32,000 nt of DNA from Microcystis aeruginosa NIES-843 (GTDB lineage: Bacteria; Cyanobacteriota; Cyanobacteriia; Cyanobacteriales; Microcystaceae), in NCBI RefSeq assembly GCF_000010625.1, contig NC_010296.1:5160001-5192000 (forward strand). Direction: 5' to 3'. Shown here in pieces: positions 1-7,168 of this stretch. Both the position numbers and the translations under genes were made by a program. How positions within the stretch are numbered: the stretch's first letter is position 1; every line of letters begins with the position of its first letter. The notes under the pieces are model-generated. The model was given only the letters and a program-made list of their open reading frames with translations. It searched no databases and was not told where the DNA came from.

Positions 1-272
1 AATAAATCTCCAGGTAACATCAATAAAGACTGACCTTGTTCATAGGCAATATAACGCTTTCCATCAACTCCTAGAACTCCAAAACGAATATCTCCACGAA
101 TTTTAGGTTTAGTTTCGGAAGTAACCTGAACTTCTGAATCTTTTGTCCACCAAGCATGGGACATTTGTAATCGCAAACCTGTATCTATGATACCCATATT
201 TCCAATATTGATGACAAGAAACCATAGCAAAGCGATTAAAGCCAATTCTGCTTTATATTTATTCTTTTTCAT
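1..272 (-). CDS. Hypothetical membrane-anchored protein, N-terminal part (gene continues past window start)
   Basis: Reverse-strand ATG at 272 stays open to position 1. Translation is MKKNKYKAELALIALLWFLVINIGNMGIIDTG..., with a hydrophobic N-terminal helix. It is absent from the ORF track because there is no in-window stop. Confidence 0.4.
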   Translation of the reverse strand, partial: MKKNKYKAELALIALLWFLVINIGNMGIIDTGLRLQMSHAWWTKDSEVQVTSETKPKIRGDIRFGVLGVDGKRYIAYEQGQSLLMLPGDL

Positions 273-322
273 GATTGCTCAATAAGTTAAAATTGTTCAC
301 ATTCAATTTTTGTTTCGCCAAT

Positions 323-442
323 TCAAGTCTGAATTGCATCACTGCCTGATCTATCTTCATAGAATACTTCATTCGGGGTAGGATAGTCAAGACATTTTTG
401 AGGACGATTGTTAATCAAGTTTACGGCTCTTTCTACTGGAGT
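323..442 (-). pseudogene. IS30-family transposase C-terminal fragment
   Basis: A stop-bounded 39-codon frame reads TPVERAVNLINNRPQKCLDYPTPNEVFYEDRSGSDAIQT*. It resembles the conserved IS30 C-terminal block (LNxRPRKxLxyxTPxEvF). There is no start codon or upstream body. Confidence 0.45.
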
Positions 443-708
443 TTAGACTAAATGTTTACCCAAGCGGTGATCGCCGAATCGCAAGGGCGATCGCTATTTC
501 AACGATCAAAGCCTGTTGTTTACATATATTAATAAAACGAGAATAACAGGTTCTTCGTTACTTAGTATGGTTCGATATGGGGGCATAAATCGACTGAATC
601 CTTATCTGGCAAGAGACTTAATTGATTAGTTCGCTCTAGATCGAAAACAATTGGCAAAAATTGCAGCAATGTCTTTCTATATAAGGGTTTCATCCCTTAT
701 AACCCCCG

Positions 709-870
709 TCCATTGCATAACACAAACCGAAGAGCCGGCTGGGAGAGATAGAAATGAGTTGAAAGTCTTGACCTTCATTATTTTGAATAATAATTTCTTG
801 GCCTTCTGCGGCGGCTTTAAGGAGTTCAGGTAGTTGACTTTGGGCTTCGTTTAAAGTTATTTTTAACATA
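709..870 (-). pseudogene. Truncated Phd/YefM-like antitoxin paralog
   Basis: The 53-aa ORF MLKITLNEAQSQLPELLKAAAEGQEIIIQNNEGQDFQLIS... matches the first ~40 aa of the intact antitoxin at 5052..5279. It then diverges and stops, and no vapC partner follows. Confidence 0.6.
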
Positions 871-922
871 GCTTTGTTGAGTTAAATATTAATTTTTAGC
901 TGATAATTTACTTTAGTTATCT

Positions 923-1110
923 CTAATTTATTATGAATTTATTCGAGAATTTTTTCACAATTTTTAAGCAAAAAATCGCCAATTCTTGGCATAATTTAAG
1001 CACTTGTTGGCAATAGCTGATAGCAAGTTCAGGGCGATTGGTTTTGTGGGCGATTTCAGCGAGAAACACCAATTCGGATTTGAAGTAGCGCAATGTTTCT
1101 AAATTATTGG
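923..1110 (-). pseudogene. Orphan TPR C-terminal tail fragment (copy T3)
   Basis: It encodes ...IANNLETLRYFKSELVFLAEIAHKTNRPELAISYCQQVLKLCQEL... Positions 980-1110 are near-identical in nucleotides to 5393-5525, and the fragment is related to the C-terminus of the 961-aa protein. The 3'-most part has diverged. The track ORF 923..1195 is a chimera with the relE remnant. Confidence 0.55.
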
Positions 1111-1364
1111 CGATAGACTTCTCTGCGATGTTTACATTGCAAGATGAGTATTGTCTGTTTCGCATCATCAATTTCATAAAGCACTCGATAATCACCGATA
1201 CGGAGACGGTGTTACTGTTCAGAATTTTTTAATTTAACAATGCCAGAAGGACAGGGTTCTATTTCCAAACCCTTAATTTTTTCAAGAATACGACCTTTCA
1301 TAGCATTAGGTAAGTCATCAATCTGTTTTTGTACAGATTTAGAGATTTTAATACTATAACCCAT
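1104..1364 (-). pseudogene. RelE/ParE-family toxin paralog with in-frame stop
   Basis: It reads MGYSIKISKSVQKQIDDLPNAMKGRILEKIKGLEIEPCPSGIVKLKNSEQ*HRLRIGDYRVLYEIDDAKQTILILQCKHRREVYRQ*. This is colinear with the intact 5520..5777 copy, but a TAA sits where a Tyr codon is expected. Confidence 0.65.
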
Positions 1365-1370
1365 TATGAT

Positions 1371-1605
1371 TTAATCCTTGCTCAAGTATTGTTCAAGGGT
1401 CACATAGTCGCCTGATTGATATTCATCCCGAACTTGCTGAAGTTCTGCTAGGGGTTTCCTCATCGTCTTGATAGGAAGCCTCTTCTGCTTGAAAAATTTG
1501 TTGTTCTAGTATTTCTAATAATTGTTGTTTTTGCGTTAAGTCAAGGGATTTAATGGCTTCGGTTAGAGATTCAAACGTAATTTTAAGATTGATGGTGGTA
1601 CTCAT
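1371..1605 (-). pseudogene. RelE-associated antitoxin paralog, frameshifted
   Basis: It is nearly identical to 5784..6017 in nucleotides. One extra base (ctgctaggggtttcc versus ctgctaaggtttcc) shifts the frame. The track ORF 1423..1605 therefore ends in the unrelated ...TPSRTSASSG. Confidence 0.65.
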
Positions 1606-1686
1606 GAAATTTCTCCTATTTGGATAAAAAGTTAAATTTTGAGAATTGCTTTAATTTTCATGGTTGGTATAGCTGATCAAGGGTTT

Positions 1687-1800
1687 CTAATTTCCTTCTA
1701 ATGTAACCTGAATTTTTACGAGGAGTTCCTCTCCGTCTTTCATTAGGGTAATGCCTAGCTCCTGGGGGAATTTAAGGGCTTGTTGGCAGTAGTTGAGAGC
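1687..1800 (-). pseudogene. Orphan TPR C-terminal tail fragment (copy T4)
   Basis: The reverse translation ALNYCQQALKFPQELGITLMKDGEELLVKIQVTLEGN* parallels ...LSHCQEALKLCQELGIPLVKDCEELLGQIQGNLGEANK* of the 961-aa protein. There is no start or upstream body. Confidence 0.5.
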
Positions 1801-1839
1801 GCAATCGCGGTCTTGAGAATTGTCCATCATATTTGAACG

Positions 1840-2178
1840 TTAAGCGACAGCAAAGCCTGTATAGGGTCTAATTTCAGGGGATTTAAAGGCTAAAATAATC
1901 TGGTTTTGAGGGATTCCCGCAGCTACTAATTCATCGGCAATACCATCCTCAGTTCCGTCGTGTTGAATCCAAATTTTTTGATCAATAATATCAATATGTA
2001 ATAGGGTTCCGTAGATTCGATAACCATTTTGCCAACCTGTTTCAACCAATAAATAGCGATCGCGGGTTTGATCTAGGACTAATTCGATTTGGATTTGGCG
2101 ATCGGTGTCGAGGAAGTCGGCATAATCTTGGAATGTTTTTTCAATAATTTGCCGATATTGGGCAATTAAGGAAGCCAT
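1840..2178 (-). CDS. xisI: XisI family protein
   Basis: The 112-aa product carries typical XisI blocks (LLVETGWQNGYRIYG, HIDIIDQKIWIQHDGTEDGIADELVAAGIP, PYTGFAVA). Its ATG overlaps the native 3' end of xisH. Confidence 0.85.
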   Translation of the reverse strand: MASLIAQYRQIIEKTFQDYADFLDTDRQIQIELVLDQTRDRYLLVETGWQNGYRIYGTLLHIDIIDQKIWIQHDGTEDGIADELVAAGIPQNQIILAFKSPEIRPYTGFAVA

Positions 2179-2215
2179 CGTACAATTACCTCCTGGTTGG
2201 GATCAAAACTAAATA

Positions 2216-2421
2216 GGGTTGGCTGAATAAATCTAAAAACCTTGTTGGGTAAAACTTTTAGACTTTTTGTCAATCAAAAAGTACCTGGCATGGGAGTGAT
2301 CAGGGGGAAAATTCAGGGACTTTTTCCCTGAAAATTAGGTAATTGACCACCTCAAAACCGGTAAAACCCCACACCCCACACCCCACACCCTGCCCCCAGG
2401 AAAAACTTTTTCAGCAGACCC
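2216..2421. mobile_element. MITE, non-autonomous relative of the IS5-family element at 19596..21277
   Basis: Its termini GGGTTGGCTGAATAAATCTAAAAACC ... GAAAAACTTTTTCAGCAGACCC match the IS ends. It is flanked by the direct repeat TAAATA (2210-2215 and 2422-2427). Internally it carries (CCCCACA)x3. Confidence 0.7.
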
Positions 2422-2803
2422 TAAATAACTGAATAATACCATCTTCAATTAAGGTTTGACCTGCTTCTTCTTCAAACACTGTTTTGCAGGTGTTTTCGCT
2501 AACAGCCAAAAATAGTTTATATTCGGGATAATAACGCCTTAAAAGATGGTTATAAACGACAAATTGACCAACTGCTTCTTCAAGGTCTTTCATGTCAGAG
2601 GGACGAGTAAAGCTCTTAATTTCAACGGCTATTTTTTCTGTTCCTTTTTCTGCGGCTAATAGTCTTTCTGCTCCCAAATCAACAAACAGGTTTTTACCTC
2701 TTGCTAAACGAATCCGTAGGGGGTCATGGGTAATTGTCCAGCCGTCTTTGATTAGGGCGTGTTTTACACAATCATGGAAAATATCTTTGGCAGGCATTTT
2801 CAT
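2411..2803 (-). CDS. xisH: XisH family protein, native C-terminus displaced by MITE insertion
   Basis: The 130-aa product has XisH-like blocks (MPAKDIFHDCVKHALIKDGWTITHDPL, IAVEIKSF). The last codons RVC* are read from the MITE terminal repeat. The native tail SFDPNQEVIVRWLP* is still readable at 2168-2213, on the other side of the MITE. Confidence 0.8.
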   Translation of the reverse strand: MKMPAKDIFHDCVKHALIKDGWTITHDPLRIRLARGKNLFVDLGAERLLAAEKGTEKIAVEIKSFTRPSDMKDLEEAVGQFVVYNHLLRRYYPEYKLFLAVSENTCKTVFEEEAGQTLIEDGIIQLFRVC

Positions 2804-2880
2804 GCTGTTCTATATAAACTCTATGTGATTATACATTTCTTCTGGTTCAAGAATTTCCCAGATTAAGAGTAGTCCTCGAA

Positions 2881-3144
2881 TTATTTGACCAATGATTTAC
2901 TTTGTTGGGGACAGTAAGCAATTCCTGCATGAGTTATAGATGATTGATTGATTCTTAAAAAATCAGTATCTTGAGTAAAAATCACGCGACCATTGGCTAA
3001 GGCAAATTGCAATTGTATTTCATCGGATACCCCCAATAAATTTTCTTCTGGAGTGGTAGTAACATCAAGGCCTCGCTGGCGCAATCCAAGAGCAATGTTA
3101 TAGCTTACATTTTCATCAAGGTGAAATTTAATTTTATTGCCCAT
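2881..3144 (-). CDS. DUF5615-like PIN/Mut7-C-type putative toxin
   Basis: The 87-aa product reads KFHLDENVSYNIALGLRQRGLDV...GRVIFTQDTDF, typical of DUF5615 partners of DUF433. Its start abuts the stop of the upstream gene. Confidence 0.7.
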   Translation of the reverse strand: MGNKIKFHLDENVSYNIALGLRQRGLDVTTTPEENLLGVSDEIQLQFALANGRVIFTQDTDFLRINQSSITHAGIAYCPQQSKSLVK

Positions 3145-3447
3145 TCATTTTTTTAGTTTTTCTTGGACTAGAGAAGGTGTTTTAGCTTGCATTTCCTTGG
3201 CAAAGGTATCATCATCTGTGATTTGTTGTCTAATTTCTTCAAGGTGATCGTGATAGTAAGAAAGGGCCGCGTAAACATCAGCTAAAGTAATGCTGGGATA
3301 ATGATAAACAATTTCATCGGGTGACATTCCCAGACGTTCGTGCCAAATAACGACATCTTGGACTTTGATGCGATGACCTGCGATGCGCGGTTTACCGCCA
3401 CAAGTTTCTGGGGTAATTTCAATGTGATTGATTAAAGTTGTTGTCAT
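3145..3447 (-). CDS. DUF433-like putative antitoxin
   Basis: The 100-aa product contains CGGKPRIAGHRIKVQDVVIWHERLGMSPDEIVYHYPSITLADVYAALSYY, the hallmark DUF433 core. It lies directly upstream of, and contiguous with, 2881..3144. Confidence 0.75.
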   Translation of the reverse strand: MTTTLINHIEITPETCGGKPRIAGHRIKVQDVVIWHERLGMSPDEIVYHYPSITLADVYAALSYYHDHLEEIRQQITDDDTFAKEMQAKTPSLVQEKLKK

Positions 3448-3555
3448 TGATAATAACGAATTTGTCCGATTATAGGGTCACAAGGAATCTGCGCCCAAAT
3501 GTTATATATATTATATCACGTCAAGGTTTATAGAATAATTTTATTATGACAACTC

Positions 3556-3774
3556 TTATAAACTTGAAGCTAATTGAGGCGCGACAATAGTTTCGAGGGA
3601 AAAAGCATTCAGATCCGTTAAGCTTCTGGCCTGTTCCAAGGTGATTGCACAAATGTTCCCATTTTTATCAAGATCTACCAAGGTATTTTCATTGATTTCT
3701 TGAGTCTCGACAATAGGATTGTTATTGAACTCTAAATATAGAGTGTCCGTATCTTGAAAGTAGGTGATTTTCAT
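3556..3774 (-). CDS. DUF2283-like small protein
   Basis: MKITYFQDTDTLYLEFNN...VDLDKNGNICAITLEQA matches the DUF2283 pattern. A disrupted paralog lies at 6819..7072. Confidence 0.7.
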   Translation of the reverse strand: MKITYFQDTDTLYLEFNNNPIVETQEINENTLVDLDKNGNICAITLEQARSLTDLNAFSLETIVAPQLASSL

Positions 3775-3793
3775 GGCTTAAAATTCCTCTACT

Positions 3794-4078
3794 TTAAATA
3801 AGTTGTAAGTCATCTTTTTCTAAGTCGTTAAGAGATTGATTCGTGATGAGAGAATAAAGAACATCGGGGTCTAAATCAGCCCCATTTTCCCAATAAATTG
3901 TTCCCCAATCAGGATTAATTTTGACGGTTTTTAAAAAATCTAAGTCTTTTAGCGGTTGAAAAATGCCAACAAACTCGATAATTTCTTCAAGATTAATAAT
4001 CCCCTCTTGATTATCTTCAAATTTAAGATAAAGTTGATAATTATTTAGAGGTTTCACTTCAACAATATCTTTTAGCAT
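3794..4078 (-). CDS. DUF2442-like small protein
   Basis: The 94-aa product has VKPLNNYQLYLKFEDNQEG and WGTIYWENGADLDPDVLY, the DUF2442 signature. It sits 19 nt upstream of the DUF2283-like gene. Confidence 0.7.
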   Translation of the reverse strand: MLKDIVEVKPLNNYQLYLKFEDNQEGIINLEEIIEFVGIFQPLKDLDFLKTVKINPDWGTIYWENGADLDPDVLYSLITNQSLNDLEKDDLQLI

Positions 4079-4174
4079 GGTTTATCCGTTTATTCTATTT
4101 AACTGATTCTCAACTTAGTCAAATATTAGGAAAAAATTTAAGATCCTTGATAAAAGTAAGAAGATAGTTAATTT

Positions 4175-4378
4175 TCATTCTTTTTCTAATTCAATTAAAG
4201 CTTCCTCAAGAGTTAAGGGTGTTTCATCTTTAACGTCTATCATGGCGCGATAGAGTCCAGTATCTTCATAGGTTTCTATTATTTGTTGATAATCTTCAAA
4301 ATTAATGATAACTTGCTGTATCTGACCTTGATTATCCGTAATCAAGTCTTGAGCAAAAGGATAATCTTTGATGTTCAT
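4175..4378 (-). CDS. Small acidic antitoxin-like protein
   Basis: MNIKDYPFAQDLI...YEDTGLYRAMIDVKDETPLTLEEALIELEKE has the acidic C-terminal pattern seen in RelB/ParD-like antitoxins. I prefer the ATG at 4378 over the track's GTG at 4420, because 4395-4420 is a remnant of another gene's 5' end. Confidence 0.5.
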   Translation of the reverse strand: MNIKDYPFAQDLITDNQGQIQQVIINFEDYQQIIETYEDTGLYRAMIDVKDETPLTLEEALIELEKE

Positions 4379-4412
4379 AATTAATTGTTCCTCATTTTGT
4401 GGACGGTTTGCA

Positions 4413-4595
4413 TTATTCACACTCCTTTGTTTCCAATTCTAATAGGATGGGAATTAAGTCTTTGGCAATATCAATGACGGCATCTATTGTATCAGCTTCA
4501 GCGACAAGTCCTTGTATATCGGGACTGGTGGCGACATAGTAATCTTGGCCGTTTTCTTGAAAGCGTTCAATGGTGAGGTTAATTGGGTTTTGCAT
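4413..4595 (-). CDS. HicB-like / DUF1902-like small protein
   Basis: The 60-aa product reads YYVATSPDIQGLVAEADTIDAVIDIAKDLIPILLE, typical of the HicB N-terminal/DUF1902 fold family. No hicA is evident upstream. Confidence 0.55.
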   Translation of the reverse strand: MQNPINLTIERFQENGQDYYVATSPDIQGLVAEADTIDAVIDIAKDLIPILLELETKECE

Positions 4596-4668
4596 GGAAA
4601 ATCAATAAGGTTTAAAGTTTGCCTGTTAGTTTTTGTGATTAATTTGCTAAAGTTTCTTCTTTTCAGGT

Positions 4669-5055
4669 TTACCACAATAAATTTTCAGTATATCGCTTAA
4701 ATAACTCATCTTTAGTGAGAATCGGAATATTTTCAGTTAAGCTTTGAGCGATTATTAGGCGATCAAAAGGATCTTTATGGTAGTAAGGGAGTCTCTTGAG
4801 TTGTTCGAGATGTTCGGCGTTAATAGATAGTATATCAAAGCCGTTATTATAAACATAATTTTGAATTAAATTTGGGAAAGTTGTCTTTAATTCTAATCTG
4901 TTAAGGCTGGCTTTGATGGACATTTCCCAGAGACTAGCGATACTTAATCGTTTTTGATATTGATTATTTTCGATCAGAGAACGAGCAGCATCACTGAGAT
5001 TATTATCACCTTCGATAAACCATAAAAAGGCGTGGGTATCCATTAAAATTTTCAT
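4669..5055 (-). CDS. vapC: PIN-domain toxin VapC
   Basis: The 128-aa product starts MKILMDTHAFLWF and contains DPFDRLIIAQS, both PIN acidic-residue motifs. Its start overlaps the upstream antitoxin stop in a 4-nt ATGA. Confidence 0.85.
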   Translation of the reverse strand: MKILMDTHAFLWFIEGDNNLSDAARSLIENNQYQKRLSIASLWEMSIKASLNRLELKTTFPNLIQNYVYNNGFDILSINAEHLEQLKRLPYYHKDPFDRLIIAQSLTENIPILTKDELFKRYTENLLW

Positions 5056-5279
5056 GGCATATATTCCTCAAATTCTTCGATGGGATCATCAAAATTGTCA
5101 AGCATTTTAACGATGCCTTTTGCGCTTCCATATTGGGGATGTTTAACAGTAGTAGGAAGAGAAATGAGTTGAAAGTCTTGACCTTCATGATTCTGGATAA
5201 TAACTTGTTCACCTTTTGAGGCAGCTTTAAGGAGGTCAGGTAGTTGACTTTGGGCTTCGTTTAAAGTTAGTTTTATCAT
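5052..5279 (-). CDS. Phd/YefM-like antitoxin of VapC
   Basis: The 75-aa product has an N-terminal LTLNEAQSQLPDLLKAASKGEQVIIQ and a C-terminal GSAKGIVKMLDNFDDPIEEFEEYM, typical of VapB/Phd-type partners. It is translationally coupled to vapC. Confidence 0.8.
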   Translation of the reverse strand: MIKLTLNEAQSQLPDLLKAASKGEQVIIQNHEGQDFQLISLPTTVKHPQYGSAKGIVKMLDNFDDPIEEFEEYMP

Positions 5280-5323
5280 AGCTTTGTTCAGTTAAATATT
5301 AATTTTTGAGATAATAATTTACC

Positions 5324-5533
5324 TTAATTATTCTCTAACGTAGCCTGAATTTGCCCTAACAGTTCCTCACAATATTTAACCAAGGGAATCCCCAATTCTT
5401 GGCATAATTTAAGCGCTTGTTGGCAATGGCTGAGGGCAAGTTGAGGGCGATTGGTTTTGTGGGCGATTTCGGCGAGAAACACCAATTCGGATTTGAAGTA
5501 GCGCAATGTTTCTAAATTATTAGCGATAGACAT
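5324..5533 (-). pseudogene. Orphan TPR C-terminal tail fragment (copy T2), 69-aa ORF overlapping the relE stop
   Basis: Positions 5344-5478 are ~95% identical by eye to 8275-8409, the 3' end of the 961-aa gene. It encodes ...AEIAHKTNRPQLALSHCQQALKLCQELGIPLVKYCEELLGQIQATLENN, a single TPR-like unit. Whether it is expressed is unknown. Confidence 0.5.
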
Positions 5534-5777
5534 CTCTTCGATGTTTACATTGCAAGATGAGTATTACCTGTTTTGGGTCATCAATTTCATAGCGAACTCG
5601 ATAGTCACCAACACGCAAACGGTATTCATAATCAGAATTTTTTAATTTGACTACACCAGGGGGACGAGGTTCTACTGATAAATCTTTGATTTTTTCAAGA
5701 ATACGACTTTTGATGGGATTAGGTAAGTTATCAATCTGTTTTTGTACAGATTTAGAGATTTTAATACTATAATCCAT
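5520..5777 (-). CDS. relE: RelE/ParE-family toxin
   Basis: The 85-aa product contains YRLRVGDYRVRYEIDDPKQVILILQCKHRRDVYR, a typical RelE/StbE C-terminal half. It lies 6 nt downstream of its antitoxin. Confidence 0.85.
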   Translation of the reverse strand: MDYSIKISKSVQKQIDNLPNPIKSRILEKIKDLSVEPRPPGVVKLKNSDYEYRLRVGDYRVRYEIDDPKQVILILQCKHRRDVYR

Positions 5778-5783
5778 TGTGAT

Positions 5784-6017
5784 TTAATCCTTGCTCAAGT
5801 ATTGTTCAAGGGTCACATAGTCGCCTGATTGATATTCATCCCGAACTTGTTGAAGTTCTGCTAAGGTTTCCTCGTCGTCTTGATAGGAAGTTTCTTCTGC
5901 TTGAAAAATTTGTTGTTCTAGTATTTCTAATAATTGTTGTTTTTGCGTTAAGTCAAGGGATTTAATGGCTTCGGTTAGAGATTCAAAAGTGATTTGAAGA
6001 TTGATGGTGGTACTCAT
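5784..6017 (-). CDS. Antitoxin partner of RelE/ParE
   Basis: This 77-aa acidic protein carries ...DDEETLAELQQVRDEYQSGDYVTLEQYL, a common cyanobacterial RelE-partner C-terminus. It sits directly upstream of relE. Confidence 0.75.
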   Translation of the reverse strand: MSTTINLQITFESLTEAIKSLDLTQKQQLLEILEQQIFQAEETSYQDDEETLAELQQVRDEYQSGDYVTLEQYLSKD

Positions 6018-6137
6018 GAAATTTCTCCTATTTGGATAAAAAGTTAAATTTTGATAATTGCTTTAATTTTCATGGTTGGTATAGGTGATCAAGAGTTTCT
6101 AATCTTCTTCTAATGTAGCCTGAATTTTTGCTAATCG

Positions 6138-6769
6138 TTAGTTAATAGAAGTTATCCAAGAAACGGGAACCGCTATCACGTCAATGGTTTCGTTATTGTC
6201 AAACATTTCTAGGAGATAACCGATAACACGATAACACGATAACAGATAACAGATAACAGATAACAGATAACAGATAACAGATAACAGATAACAGATAACA
6301 GATAACAGATAACAGATAACAGATAACAGATAACAGATAACAGATAACAGATAACAGATAACAGATAACAGATAACAGATAACAGATAACAGATAACAGA
6401 TAACAGATAACAGATAACAGATAACAGATAACAGATAACAGATAACAGATAACAGATAACAGATAACAGATAACAGATAACAGATAACAGATAACAGATA
6501 ACAGATAACAGATAACAGATAACAGATAACAGATAACAGATAACAGATAACAGATAACAGATAACAGATAACAGATAACAGATAACAGATAACAGATAAC
6601 AGATAACAGATAACAGATAACAGATAACAGATAACAGATAACCTGCTTCTGATTGTTGTTCCTTAGGAGGTAAATATTCAACAATTGTTCCCTGATCACC
6701 TTTTTTAAAAATAGTGTCGGGGACATCTCTACATAATTTGACTTGTTGAAAAAGTTGGACGGTTTGCAT
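6138..6769 (-). pseudogene. DUF4926-like gene disrupted by an internal GATAACA heptamer expansion
   Basis: The N-terminal part MQTVQLFQQVKLCRDVPDTIFKKGDQGTIVEYLPPKEQQSEAGYL runs into the array. The native continuation LEMFDNNETIDVIAVPVSWITSIN* lies after it in a different frame. The two GATAACC copies that bracket the insertion are 422 nt apart, which is not a multiple of 3. Confidence 0.7.
6215..6642. repeat. Heptanucleotide tandem array (GATAACA), 57 perfect units plus variant end units
   Basis: Perfect 7-bp periodicity runs 6238-6636 (399 nt), checked by phase at each line start. Variant units GATAACC and GATAACAC lie at 6215-6237, and a partial unit at 6637-6642. Confidence 0.95.
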
Positions 6770-6818
6770 TATTCACACTCCTTTGTTTCCAATTATAATA
6801 ATTTGTGATTACAAATTA

Positions 6819-7072
6819 TTATAAACTTGAAGCTAATTGAGGTGCGACAATAGTTTCGAGGGAAAAAGCATTCAGATACTTTAAGTTTTTGGCCTGTTTC
6901 AAGGTGATTGCACAAATATTCCCCTGCTGATCAAGATCGACCAAGGTATTTTGTATTTTGTATTTTGTATTTGGTATTTGGTATTTTCATTGATTTCTTG
7001 AGTCTCGACAATAGGATTGTTATTGAACTCTAGGTATAGAGTATCCGTATCCTGAAAGTAGGTGATTTTCAT
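6819..7072 (-). pseudogene. DUF2283-like paralog disrupted by a GTATTTT heptamer expansion
   Basis: It is colinear with 3556..3774 (start MKITYFQDTDTLYLEFNNNPIVETQEINE...). However, ccaaggtattttcattg in the intact copy is ccaag(gtatttt/gtatttg)x6 cattg here. That is 35 extra nt, giving a frameshift. Confidence 0.7.
6946..6987. repeat. Heptanucleotide tandem array (GTATTTT/GTATTTG) x6
   Basis: Read directly from the sequence: gtattttgtattttgtattttgtatttggtatttggtatttt. Confidence 0.9.
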
Positions 7073-7168
7073 GGCTGACTTGGGTTATCAAGAGTTTCTA
7101 ATCTTCTTCTAATAGTGATTCATTTGGCGGCGATTGCGGTTTTGAGAATTGTCCATCATATTTGAAAG

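Noticed and set aside
651-833. 60-aa plus-strand ORF
   Set aside because: It is antisense to the recognisable Phd-like antitoxin remnant (709..870), and no homology is apparent.
4484-4700. ORFs 4484..4675 (-) and 4512..4700 (+), considered as a possible hicA partner of the HicB-like gene
   Set aside because: The translations lack the HicA pattern (a small dsRBD-like protein with a conserved G..H). One overlaps the HicB-like gene out of frame and the other is antisense. Only 73 nt of unique space exists upstream of the HicB-like gene.
5006-5212. 68-aa minus-strand ORF overlapping the vapC/phd junction
   Set aside because: It is out of frame with two well-supported, translationally coupled genes.
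6215-6642. Possible CRISPR array (also considered for 13382-13616 and 23341-23396)
   Set aside because: The units are 7-8 bp and directly abutting, with no spacers. No cas genes or 25-40 bp repeats occur anywhere in the window.
6199-6769. Two long track ORFs (175 and 186 aa) encoding dozens of LSVICYL repeats
   Set aside because: The repeat-protein appearance is an artefact of translating a 7-bp tandem array, where 3 x 7 bp gives a 7-aa period. Only the first ~45 codons of 6209..6769 look like a real (DUF4926-like) gene, and its native C-terminus lies out of frame after the array.
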